Of a DNA stretch of 64,000 nt, positions 28,278 to 41,799 are shown piece after piece. The notes under the pieces were generated by a model, which did not search any database, was not told where the DNA came from, and saw only the letters and a list, made by a program, of their open reading frames with translations. The position numbers and the translations under genes were made by a program. How positions within the stretch are numbered: position 1 is the stretch's first letter; every line of letters begins with the position of its first letter. Source of the DNA: Chrysomallon squamiferum (lineage: Eukaryota; Animalia; Mollusca); the NCBI GenBank assembly GCA_012295275.1, contig CM022665.1, forward strand, positions 21,452,001 through 21,516,000. The letters run 5' to 3'.

Positions 28278-28990
28278 TAATAATAAATCACAAGAGTAAA
28301 GAAAAATTAAAAATAAAGTAATTAATACGAGACATTTTTAGGGCAGAAAGGAAGTAAAAAGAAAATATAATAAGAAAAACAACAAACAAGCTAACTTCTT
28401 GGTCAAAGGGCCCGGTTTCCTTTCCTCATACTATTTTAACTGTAATTGTAAAACACTTAGAATAAACAAACAAACAAACAAATATATAAAGTTATCTGGC
28501 TTGGTCATGTAATTTAGAATATTACATACATACAAAATAAATACATACATTGAAATACATACATACATACACACACATACATACATAGGTACACATACAT
28601 ACACACGTACATACAAACACACATACATAGGCCTATACACATACTCATACATACATAGGTACATACATATGTACGTACATTTATACTTGGACACACATAC
28701 ATATGTAGGTGCATTCATACATAGACACACATACATATATACAAACATACATACTCACACACACAAACAAATACATACATGTAAACATGCATACATTCAC
28801 ACATAAGCACGCACGCACACATGCAAGCACATACATACATACATACATACATATATACATACAAACAAATAATACTTTGTAATATATGTAAGGTAGATTG
28901 AGGGCAGAAAGGAAGTAGAAAGGAAATATAATAAGGAAAACAACAAGTCAATTTGTTGGTCAAAGGTCCCGCTTTCCCAAACAACAAACA
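18002..28990 (-). repeat. Inverted copy of about 5130-10880, with extra module copies at about 22800-27700
   Basis: 18002 onward is the reverse complement of about 10878 reading backwards. 21780-21850 mirrors 7635-7700, and 27700-28900 mirrors 5130-6330. Confidence 0.85.
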
Positions 28991-29741
28991 AACAAATATA
29001 TAAATAGTTATTTAGCGATTTGAATTTCCTGCTCGCTTAGATGGTAATATAATTTAGAATTTGACATACATATCGACATACATACATACATACATACATA
29101 CACACACACGTATACATTAATAATAAAAAAATAATAATAATAACACAAATATGATTTGATCAATAACAATAGAACACATCATATATATATATATATACAC
29201 ACACATACACATACATATATAGATAGGTAGACAGATAGATAATAGATAAATCTAAATACATACCTATATAGATATAGAGATAGAGATAAAGATATAGATA
29301 CAGATATAGACATACATATGTATTACAACACAGAAAAATCTTTTATATGTTCTGTTATTAGTTTTCTAATGATGCGAGGGCCAAAATGCGTATTGCATTG
29401 TATTTACCTTTTGGGTTATATATTTTTGCCGTTTGGTATTCGACATTGTTTACACATTATATATAGAGTATTTTGTTCATAAACTAAATAACTGCATGAC
29501 ACCTCACTCAGTATCATGTACATTATAAAACAGTCATACCAAATAATTCAGACACATTATCTAAAGTAACAGTAATAAATCATATTTCTAAAATTGTTAG
29601 TGCGAAACTGTAAAAAAAAAAGCTACAAATACACATGCTTATACTTTTCTTAGGTGAATTAAAATTTATCAGATCGTCAAAAAACAAACAAAAAACCCCC
29701 CCAAAACCCAAAACATTATAATAAAAATGGGCAGAATCAAA

Positions 29742-29920
29742 TTAACACAAGAAAGCTCGCACAGAGGCTGGGATTATCTCTCTACAAAGTGGACATCTTC
29801 GCAGTCTGGGCGTACAATCTTCACAGCAACAAAGATGACCGCAGGGCAGAAAAACTATTCCGACCTTGTTTTCAAGACAAACTTTGCAGATGAGTTCTTC
29901 ATTACCACCCGGCAAGGAAT
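29742..29920 (-). CDS. Orphan IAP-type RING (C3HC4) terminal exon
   Basis: Minus-strand acceptor TTTAACAG| then (D)SLPGGNEELICKVCLENKVGIVFLPCGHLCCCEDCTPRLRRCPLCREIIPASVRAFLC*. The 3' UTR (about 29340-29730) is homologous to 37610-37950. The ORF track shows only the antisense frame. Confidence 0.85.
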
Positions 29921-30210
29921 CTGTTAAATATCAGTAAAAACAATATAATTCTTATACGTTAAGTAATGTGTATATTTTGTAACAAAGAACAGTTTAAAAT
30001 AAATCAAATAACTTATATATTTTATTACACATAACCTTTGAAACAAATGGTTTGTAGGTTTTATCGTAAAATTGTCTTGACAGATATCAAATATCAATAA
30101 TAATAATAATAATTGCAATACCAATAACATCACTGACAACAATAACAATAATTACACCATCAATAATAAATAAATAAGTAAGTAAGCAAAAAAAAAAAAA
30201 AAAAAAAAAA

Positions 30211-30280
30211 AGCTGTTGTGAAGCACGTCTGCGACCGTCACGCTCTCTGACAAAGCCAGGGTGTTGTGTCTGTCGTAGAA
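30211..30280 (+). repeat. Second copy of the GC-rich stem-loop element
   Basis: AGCTGTTGTGAAGCACGTCTGCGAC...TGTCGTAGA. The outer stem is kept, with one G-T pair. Confidence 0.6.
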
Positions 30281-30532
30281 AACAGACGAGGGAGGTAAAA
30301 GAAGTTGTTCTCGTTTCCACTGCAGACTAAAGACTTACGAATTGGTTGTGATGTTTTGTCGGGGTTTTTTCCGCTTGTTGATGTTTCAAGATTTGTGCTT
30401 GTTCGAACATTTTGTTGTTTTTATCACCAAATTCGTGAGGGGCTGGTCCTGTTTGTTTGCCGGTACAGTGAGCTTTCTTAACATGTTCATCTCCTTCTTG
30501 GCCGGTTCTTTTATAATCCAACAGTTAGCAAC

Positions 30533-30565
<33 letters not shown>

Positions 30566-31329
30566 TAAAAATGTTTATTATTATTTTTATTTTTTTTGGT
30601 CAGTGGTCTTTTTGTTAGTTAAAAAAATATTATATACACATGAACAAATATTAATAACGGGGAAATAAATAAATAAATAGGAAAGTTAAATAAATATCGT
30701 TTAACTAATGTTAAAAATAAATAAAAAATAAAAACAAATAGCTATATCAACAAGAACAACAGTAGCAATCACCTAATACTCATATTGCGCTGAAATGTAT
30801 TTACAACTGGTGATAACCTTTCATTTGATCTATATTAGTTTTAATGTTTTAATTTTCATTTCCTCTTTTTCAAGCTTGAAATGACAAGTTTTGTTGTGTA
30901 TCTGAAATGATAAAGAAAGTAATTAACTTATTTACATTATTATATACAGTTTTCAAATGTATACATATACATTTAAAATTATATTATTAAATTAGTTTAA
31001 TCAGATAGTCAGTCAATCAATTTATCAATCAGCCGATCAATAGATCAATTAGCTGGTCAATCAATTAATCTGTAAGTCAATTAAATTATTTATTTTATTG
31101 ATTTTATTTTATTTATTTTTTTATTTATTCGTTTTTTGTATTTAGTGTATTTGATTCATGTTTTGTTTGTTATTGTGTTTGTTATTTTAATTTTGTATTT
31201 TTTATTATTATTATTTTTTTTTTTATGAATTGTTACGTGAATGTTTTATTTTGCGCTATGTTTTTAAATTTATTTAATCAAACGTTCGTGTGTTTATGTA
31301 TTTGTTTGTAATGTAAGCTGTTACTGCAG

Positions 31330-31870
31330 CGAGGACTAATTCTCTGTTTTTTTTGGTGCCAAGATATTTTTAGGTGTGAATTCAATTTTCAGTTCGTCAG
31401 ATGTGTCAAGTAGCGTTAATCATTCCTTGGTTAAAACTGGACAATGAAGAAGTATAGTTTCATGGTTTCAGAAAGTCCACAGCTGCAGTTGGGTGATGTG
31501 GTTATTTTATATTTTAAGCCGATTCTGAGTCTGGTCAGCTTGTTGTTACGTAATTCGTTACTCACAGTGATTTTGGGTGTTTTGATAACTGGTTTGATAT
31601 TAAAGTGAAGATGTTTTTGGTGTTATTCCATTCGTTCTGCCACTGTTTGTTATACTATTTGGCTGCAATGGATAAAATTTCGTTTGTTCCGTAGTGTATG
31701 TCTGTGCAGATGTCTTTGTCTTTGATATTGAGTGACTCTTTGGCATAATGATTAACTGTTTGTTGTTGTGTAGTCTTTCTTCATGTAGATGGTATATACT
31801 GTTGAGTAAATCTAGTCTGGTGGAATGTCCAGATTGAAATGATGTAATAGAACAACTAAGGCTGTCTCAG
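31330..31870 (-). mobile_element. Decayed LINE 3' fragment (RNase H end plus C-terminal Cys knuckle, I/Nimb-like)
   Basis: Minus-strand pieces DSLS, HYAKESL, KQWQNEWNN, KLTRLRIG and PNCSCGLSET, interrupted by stops and frameshifts. Confidence 0.6.
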
Positions 31871-32628
31871 AATGAAAGATCCGAACTTTATTTATATCAC
31901 TTTGTACACGTAATTTGAGTCATGTGATCTATTCGACGTATAGAGACCACAAAGATATGATTTTGCTGTCTATTTTATTCCATTAAAACACTCACGTAAA
32001 AATCAAACTGGATTTAGGTAAAAGATGAATAACATGACCAAATTTTAAATAATGATTACATTTTCAATACATTGGTGACTTAGAGATAATATTTATATAC
32101 ATAATTTGGTAGTATGCACAACACTAATCACTTTAAAATTTCCATTCTATTTTCAATTAGGAGTAAAGCAAATACCTCATATTACCTGCGGTGTTTATTT
32201 TTGTTTCAATACTCGATATGTAACGGCCCTTTTCAGAATTTACGTTAAAATAATAGAGTGGGTTTTCAGATAGCTAATTGATCAAACAAACTTTCCAATC
32301 ATCAGGTTGAGTTTAAGATTTTTTTTTTCTTCCTATCACTCCTTGTTTCTGCAGTTAAATTCCAAGCATATTGTACCTTCACCTGACGGGCCACTTCTCG
32401 TCTCTGTCGCATAAATAACAATCAAAAGTCGCATTAGACGCGATCATTTTAAACAAATTTCCTTTCTTTGAATGTCACTTTAATAACAACGTCAGTCGGT
32501 TATTAAAGTATTAGCGGGAACGCATTCGATTCCTGTTCTTTGCTCTTTTTTTAAACTCTTTTTGTCTTAGACCATCTTTTCTTTGTTACTTTTTTTTATT
32601 TCTCTTTTCTTTTCTTTCTTCTTCTTCT

Positions 32629-32664
<36 letters not shown>

Positions 32665-33205
32665 CTTTTCTTTCTTTCTTTTAATCTCAGGTAGTTACTG
32701 AGCCTATTGGAAATTTATGACGTGTATCAACAGGGACGTTAGAAGGAAAGGAGATATTCATTAACATGCAGTGTTCATTTATGGAAGTCGGTTTTACTGA
32801 AACCTCGCATAAATGGAGATCGTATATCGTGTGTATTATTAGCAAGAATGTAATGTGCGTGTATTAAGTTTCAAATGTTCAATCGCTAAACTGAATTTGT
32901 ATTCTTTATACAATCTAAACACAATGAGACTGAAAAACAGACTAATAGTTGTTTATGTGATAGAGATCTGAGTATCTACTGCAGTTCAGTTGTTACAGGG
33001 CAGTTCTAAGACGGTAGTGATGACAGGATCCATTCTTCTGGATGTTCCAGTTGGAACATTTCTTCAAAAATTCCTATCATTTCTTAAAGAAACAGCTGTC
33101 TCAAATTTTCTAGGTTCTGAAGAAGTTGAAGAATAAAATACAAGTTAAATATAAAACTTATAATATAAGTGTTAGAAAAATAAGTACAAACTCAGTGTTT
33201 GAGAA

Positions 33206-33280
<75 letters not shown>

Positions 33281-33770
33281 GTTTTAAAATACAAAATACA
33301 ATCGTTTTTCTCTTCATATAAAAATTATTATTTAAAAATGGATTTGTTGAATTCTTACTTTATTTGGGAACAAGGAAAATAAATTCATATCGTGTCATGT
33401 CATCTTTGTGTTTTGTGTGGAAGTTTACAAACCTCTATTGTTTAATGTCTGCAAACATACAGTTTCTCCTAAAGCGGCTTTCAATCCTTTTTCTGTTTAT
33501 TCTAAGCCCAGTCTTTAGTAAATAAAAACGTTGGGTATAAAAGGGAGTTTTACATGTACAGCTAACAAATGTAGTCTGGCTTACAATAACGCAGTTGTGA
33601 CATTGTGAAATTTTCTTATCGTAATCGTAAAACAGCGAATTGTTGTCGGCACAAATACAATAGTTTAACGGAAAGGTTAGCGTTTAGTCGTCATAGTTCA
33701 TAAAAACTCTTCATAGTCTTAGCGCCGTTTACTTGAAAAAAAAAAATTCATATCAGTTGTTACCTTATAG

Positions 33771-33790
33771 CAGGGGCGGGCAAACGTTTT
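33771..33790 (+). mobile_element. hAT-like terminal inverted repeat start
   Basis: CAGGGGCGGGCAAAC resembles the CAGGGGTGGGCAAAC-type hAT end. It begins where homology to 15375-15875 stops. Confidence 0.45.
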
Positions 33791-34336
33791 AAAACAGGGG
33801 TCAGATGGATATTATAGGAAAAGCATGTAAAAAGTAAATTCACTTTTAACAAATGCTAGAAGAGTTAATGAGATGGGTGGTGTTGCATACCATGAAGCAG
33901 CGATTAAAAGTCAGGCTTAATTGATGTAGTGGACAAAAGAAGAATGTTATTTAGATGGCGTTCAGAGAGTTGCGAGCGAAGGCGATATTTTGTAAGAAGA
34001 GTTGTTCACAGTAAAATGTACTTCCGAATACAATGTATTGAACATGTTATTAAATTGTGGAAATTTGCCAGATGGAAGAAAGACATCATGAAAGAAGGAA
34101 AGGGGAGAAGAAGTGCTGAACTTAATTCATCATTGCATTGCATACCTACCAACTCCATCTGCAAGGAAACTGAAGAATCATCCATTGATATTCAATGATG
34201 TTTTCCAGGGAATAAATCAAATCATAAAATCAAAACAAAACTATCAACATGTTTAACCTATAGTATTGTACGTTTATCAGACACAGAGAGTATTTTAAAT
34301 TTTACATTAACTTTTTATCTTATAGACAAGTCAGCA

Positions 34337-35470
34337 ATGAGAAGTGATGAGAGAGAACAGCTGAGAAGTGATAAAACGGAACAGCTGAGAAGAGATGAGA
34401 CAGAACAGTTGAGAAGTAATGAGACAGAACAGCTGAGAAGTGATAAGACAGAACAACTGAGAAGCAATGAGACAGAACAGCTGAGAAGTGAAGAGACAGA
34501 ACAACTGAGAAGTGATGAGACAGAACAACTGAGAAGTGATAAAGCAGAGCAACAGAGAGGTAATGAGACAGAACAGCGGAGAAGTGATGAGACAGAACAG
34601 CTGAGAAGTGATGAGAGAGAAGAACTGAGAAGTAACGAGACAGAACAGCGGAGAAGTGATGAGATAGAACAACTGAGAAGTGATGAGACAGAACAGTTGA
34701 GAAGTGATTAGACAGAACAACAGAGAAGTAATGAGACAGAACATTTGAGAAGTGATGAGACAGAACAACTGAGAAGTGATAAGACAATACAGCTGAGAAG
34801 TGAAGAGACAGAACAACTGAGAAGTGATAAGACAATACAGCTGAGAAGTGAAGAGACAGAACAACTGAGAAGTGAAGAGACAGAACAACTGAGAAGTGAT
34901 AAAGCAGAGCAACAGAGAGGTAATGAGACAGAACAGCGGAGAAGTGATGAGACAGAACAGCTGAGAAGTGATGAGAGAGAAGAACTGAGAAGTAACGAGA
35001 CAGAACAGCGGAGAAGTGATTAGACAGAACAACAGAGAAGTAATGAGACAGAACATTTGAGAAGTGATGAGACAGAACAACTGAGAAGTGATGAGACAAT
35101 ACAGCTGAGAAGTGAAGAGACAGAACAACTGAGAAGTGAAGAGACAGAACAACTGAGAAGTGACGAGACAGAACAGCGGAGAAGTAATGAGAGAGAACAG
35201 TTGAGAAGTGAAGAGACAGAACAACTGAGAAGTGACGAGACAGAACAGCGGAGAAGTAATGAGAGAGAACAGTTGAGAAGTGATGAGACAGAACAACTGA
35301 GAAGTGACGAGACAGAACAGCGGAGAAGTAATGAGAGAGAACAGTTGAGAAGTGATGAGACAGAGCAGTTGAGAAGAGATGAGACAAAACAACTGACAAG
35401 TGATGAGACACAAGAGTTGAGAAGTGATGAGACAGAACAGCTGAGATATGATGAAACAGGACAGTGGAGA
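34337..35470 (+). repeat. 24-bp minisatellite (about 47 units) encoding RSDETEQL, probably a former coding repeat of the IAP pseudogene
   Basis: Unit GAGAAGTGATGAGACAGAACAACT. It follows a phase-1 acceptor TTATCTTATAG|AC at 34325. Two TAG stops lie 312 bp (13 units) apart. Confidence 0.9.
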
Positions 35471-35534
35471 AGTTGTCGATATGATAACGCATTTACTCTA
35501 GAGAATCTGGCATATAATTATCTATCAATTTAAA

Positions 35535-36600
35535 TTGCGCGAATCCACCTGTGACAGGACTTCAGACAGTAGCGAAGGAACTGAATCGGAAGATGCGAGC
35601 ACTGGTTACAGTCAGTCAGAAGCTGCAACTATTGATATAAATGAATCAGAACTGATGAGTAGTGACATAACAGGATCGTTTTTTTTTTAAACAAGAGAAG
35701 TAATACATGGAGATATTTATGAGAATGAAGTAGAACAGGCGGGTTTCATGGAAACAGAATCAGAAATTACTGATGATGAGAGAAATCAAACTGGAATGAC
35801 GAGAAATGATGAATTAGGGACAGAACATTTACACACTGTCAGATACAGGAGGGAGTGGGACAGATATGCGTCTTAGTTACAATTTTCTCTAACCTCAGCC
35901 TGGCCAAGTCGTCTTGCAGCTGCTGGATTCTTCTTTACTGGGACTGTTGATCGCGTTGTCTGCTTCAGCTGTGATCAGAGATATGATCAGTGGAGAGCCG
36001 CAGATAACCCAATGGCAGTTCACAGACAAATCTCACCAAGCTGCAGATTTGTCCTGCGAGAGGAAGGAAATGAACCGATTAGGCTAAGTGATAATGATGA
36101 GCAGACTGTACAAGCATTCCTGGGCAGATTAACTGTACCAGTATCGGAATCTTCTGCTATTCAAAGTGACACACTTCGTAATCGGACCGAGTCTGAAAGT
36201 TCAGTTAGTGACAATGAACTGTTTGGAGTTTCTGAAACACCAAGAAATAACGTCGATAACATCGTTACCTCTGTTGGTCATGAAAATATTGTCGTATCTG
36301 CCGTTAGTTTGACTGGTACTGTAGCATCAGCTACTAATACCAGCTGTATGCCTACATTTACTGGTAATATTTGTAGTATACCCTCATGCACTTTTTCATC
36401 TACATCTACTGTAGACCTGAGATAACCCAATGGAAATTCATGGACAAATCTCACCAAGCTGCAGATTTGTCCTGGGAGAGGAAGAAAGTGAACCGATTGG
36501 GCTAAGTGATAATGATGAGCAGAGACTACAAGAATTAAATCTGAAGAAACGAGTGGTGAATTTACTGACGCAAAAAATAGTACAAAGTGCGCATCTGAAG
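35535..36600 (+). pseudogene. IAP/BIRC pseudogene, BIR exon with a partial second BIR end
   Basis: YRREWDRYAS*LQFSLTSAWPSRLAAAGFFFTGTVDRVVCFSCDQRYDQWRAADNPMAVHRQISPSCRFV. In-frame stops TAA 35688-35690 and TAG 35874-35876. The BIR tail is repeated at about 36420-36535. Phase-1 donor GAAG|GTATAT at 36600. Confidence 0.88.
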
Positions 36601-37110
36601 GTATATTGTAGTTTTATTTCACTACATTTTATTAATTTATTTATTTATTGATCTTGTTATTACTGTTATTGTTATTACTATAGTTACATTATTGCTATAT
36701 TTGTTCTTGTTCTCGTTGTTCTTTTTATTTTTATTATTATTATTATTATTAATACCATTATTACGTTTTATTAAATTTTTTTCTATTTTTATTTATTTAT
36801 TTATTCATTCATTCATTCATTCATTCATTCATTCATTTATTATGTTGTAACTATTGTTATGGTTGCTGTCATTAATGTTACTGGTGATGCTATTATCATC
36901 ATCATCATCATCATCATTATTATTATTATTATTACCTGATACATTTCGATAACAAAAAGGTAACGTAAGGAAGAACGAAAGGTACAACATTTTAATAAAT
37001 AGATAAAACATTTTGAAGAGTCAAAGTTACTTTTGTGATTGTGTCAAAGATTTTATACTTCAACGTATATAACTTTTTTATAACTAAAGAAGTATTTGAA
37101 AAATTGTGTT

Positions 37111-37188
<78 letters not shown>

Positions 37189-37435
37189 TCATAGAACTAA
37201 TTGTTTCAAACATTTTGTGTAGCAAAGTACACACATTAATATTATTATTATTATTATTATTACTTTAAAACGAATTTTCTTGTTTCAAAGTTTATATCCT
37301 TCAAACTATACAAATTGTTTGATTTTAAAACTATATTGTTTATTTTATTAGTTTCAAAATATACGTAATATTTGATGTACAAAATTATCTTATTTTTATA
37401 ACATACTTTTTGATATTTAATACATTCCTTCTCAG

Positions 37436-37602
37436 ATGACAATGAAGAATTCATCTGCAAAGTTTGTCTTGAAAACAGGGTCAGAATGGTTTTCCTACCC
37501 TGTGGTCATCTTTGTTGCTGTGAAGATTGTGCACCCAGACTGCGAAGATGTCCACTTTGTAGAGAGATAATCCAAGCCACTGTGCGAGCTTTCTTGTGTT
37601 AA
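37436..37602 (+). pseudogene. RING terminal exon of the IAP pseudogene
   Basis: CCTTCTCAG|AT GAC gives DDNEEFICKVCLENRVRMVFLPCGHLCCCEDCAPRLRRCPLCREIIQATVRAFLC*. The phase matches the donor at 36600. Confidence 0.88.
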
Positions 37603-38736
37603 TCTGATTCTGATCATTTTTATTATAAAATGTTTTAAAGATGATGATGTGATGAACTTTGATTCACCGGAGAAAGTTGTAACAAACAGTATGAATAGAT
37701 TTGTTTGAGTTTCGCACTAACAATTTTAGAAATATGATTTGTGACTGTTACCCTAGATAATGTGTCTGAGCTATTTGTTTATGACTGTTTTATAATGTAC
37801 ATGAATACTAAGTGTGTGTAGTACAGTGATTTAGTTTATGAACAAAATACGCAAACAGTGTAAACAATGTCGAAAACCCAAAGTTAAAAATATATAACCC
37901 CAAAGTAAGTACATTGGAGTACGCATTATGGCCTTCACATTATTAGAAAACTATGACTTTGCTTTTTTAAATACTTGGGGAAATGTTGCGATTCCATAAA
38001 ATTAACAATTTTTTTACCTTCATTATTATTTTTTTTTTTTTAATATTTAAATAAACAAAACAACAACAACAACAACAACAAAAAGTAAAAAAAATAAATA
38101 AAATAAATAACATTGATTAATTATCTGGAATTTCAAAATTAATATTATCTGATATGTACAATAGAAACGAATAAACCAGTGGCATTACGGATTATGACAA
38201 TTAATTCATTGTTTCTGCCCATTTATATTATAAAATGTTTTTGATTATTATTATTATTATTTTTATATGACGATGTGATGAATTTTTATTTACTACTACT
38301 ATTACTATCAGTATGTCTATGACAATTAACAGAAATAGACAATTTATATATTCCGTTACTGTCACAAGGAGAAATTTTGTACATTAAATTATAAACATAA
38401 ACAAAGACTGGTTAAAACCTGCCTGTGTCAAAATTAACAGAAACAGTACAATTTATAATCCATTCTGACATAACAGTTAGGAGTTCAATATGTAATAAAC
38501 ATGGAAGATAAATTATTATAGCACAAAAAATAATAGCAATTAAACATATAACAAAGAAATATTCACTTAAAATTCTGTCACGTACACTGAGGCTGTGCGC
38601 ACTACAACATGGTGGAAGTTTGAAGAAAATTAGCTGCAGTATTTTATATCTTGTTTTTAAATATTTTAATATAAATACGGTTAAAACAAATTATTATTAA
38701 TACATGACATCTTATATGACAAAATAACCTGGATCT

Positions 38737-39192
38737 ATGCCAGCAAATAAGAAGAAGGGACGGAAGAAGAAAGAAAACAATCACAAGCGGATAAAAATGA
38801 AAGAAAAGATGGTGACACCTTCTCCAACTATTGCGTCCAATACACAGTCACACATTTTATTTAACACAGTATTCACTCGCTCGCCTGAATACAGAAATAC
38901 CAAGTTCTGCCTTTGTTTCAAAAGCAAATTCCATCGTGGACCAACCAGATATTTCAGAAATTGAATGAAATATCAAATACACTTCTTGCCATTTCGGAGA
39001 AGAAAAAGTATTGAGAAACGATTACAAATTATTGAAACCAGTGTCAATAATTTTAAAATCAAACTGCATGAAAGTAACAAGAAAATCTCTGAGTTAGAAA
39101 AATCTATAAATTTTGTAAACACTAGTTTTGAAGAAGCCCGTACGGAAAGAAATAATATCTTAGTTGCTCAGGTTGAATATTATAAAATGTAA
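38737..39192 (+). mobile_element. Possible LINE ORF1 coiled-coil remnant
   Basis: Basic N-terminus, then heptad-rich IEKRLQIIETSVNNFKIKLHESNKKISELEKSINFVNTSFEE, resembling CR1/L2-type ORF1. Broken by a stop. Confidence 0.4.
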
Positions 39193-39506
39193 AACATAAC
39201 AGAATTTTTAGTATTTATAAATTAAGAAGAATCTTTATTAAATATAATTTACTTTCTGAACACGCATTTAATTTTTCCATTGCTATTAATATTAATGAAA
39301 TATGTAACTTGGTTTATTGATTGTTACTGTAGCTAGCTCTTTCTGATATCAGGATTTCCACACAAAAAAAGTGATTTGGAAAAATGAGACATACAGTTTG
39401 GTTTTACCATTTTTTGTGGAAATGTTATAGCATTGTTCTGTAAGATATCTATATTCCTATAATAAAAATGTTTTTGTTAAAAATGTCTGAACATTTTTGA
39501 TTTTAG

Positions 39507-40810
<1,304 letters not shown>

Positions 40811-41799
40811 AAATAAAGCATAAAATTATTTTTAATTTCTGTCATTTCTTTCGTAAAAAGAATGTTATTTGTTATTTTTTATAGCTATAAATATCAATTT
40901 AACTAAAATAAAAAGAAAAAAGTAAAAGAAAAATAAAATAAAAATAATGAAAACAAATAAAATAAAATAGAATAAAATAAATGAAACATTTTTATACTCT
41001 ATTGAAGTTTTAATTTTTGTCAGAAATGTCATATTGAATGTAGAAAAGAAATAATTGTAATTTTATATTTTGTCATAAAATAAAAGAAAGAAAATGAAAT
41101 AAAATAAAATAAAATAAAGAAATAAGAATAAATAAAGGATCAAAATAAAATTAGTTTTCTCTGTATTGTTTAAAATAATAAAATATGAACTGTATACTAT
41201 AAAAATGGAAACTATAAAAAATAATTTTTGTTATCATAAACTGTCAGTATCCTACATGCACTGTATCTAAATAATAAAATAAATAATATATAAAATAAAA
41301 ACAAAGCTTCAAATCAAGCTCATAAAACAGAAAAAATGAAAATAAAAGGAACAAAAATGAATTGAATAAGCTGATTAAAACTAAAAGAAAAATATGAAAG
41401 AAAAGAAATTAAAATCTTTAATTTCATATCAAATTTGCTCAAAGACAGCAATTAAAATAAAAAAGAAAGAAACAAATACAAATTTAAAAAGAAATTAAAA
41501 AAAAAAAAAAAAAACCCAACAAAAAACAAGAATGAAATCATTAATGAAATAAACATACAGATTCTGATGAGAAAACCTAGTAAGGAAGGGATGCGATAAA
41601 AAAAGAAGAAAAAAAAGTAAAGTTAATACAAGAACAAAATCATTAATTACATAAACTAACAGACCATAATCAGAAAACCCAGGCAAGGGATTTCAGAAAT
41701 GTTAACTACTTAATTGAAAATAATTAGAACAAAAAACAAAAAACCGAAGTAAAAACTGAACAGAAAAAGGAAAGGATAAATCATGCATAAGATAGATAC

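Noticed and set aside
29727-29927. Plus-strand 66-aa ORF
   Set aside because: It is the antisense of the RING exon.
30327-30521. Minus-strand ORF as the exon upstream of the orphan RING exon
   Set aside because: Its GTAAGT donor is phase 0 in the open frame, while the RING acceptor needs phase 1. It has no IAP similarity.
33929-34198. 89-aa basic ORF as a distinct gene
   Set aside because: It has a non-ATG start and no recognisable domain. It may be a decayed IAP N-terminus, but this is unsupported.
34337-35470. CRISPR-like array
   Set aside because: The units are contiguous with no unique spacers, there are no cas genes, and the context is eukaryotic.
34320-35492. 390-aa and 360-aa minus-strand ORFs
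   Set aside because: They are antisense readings of the 24-bp minisatellite, whose unit lacks stops on that strand. Splice signal and IAP context point to the plus strand.
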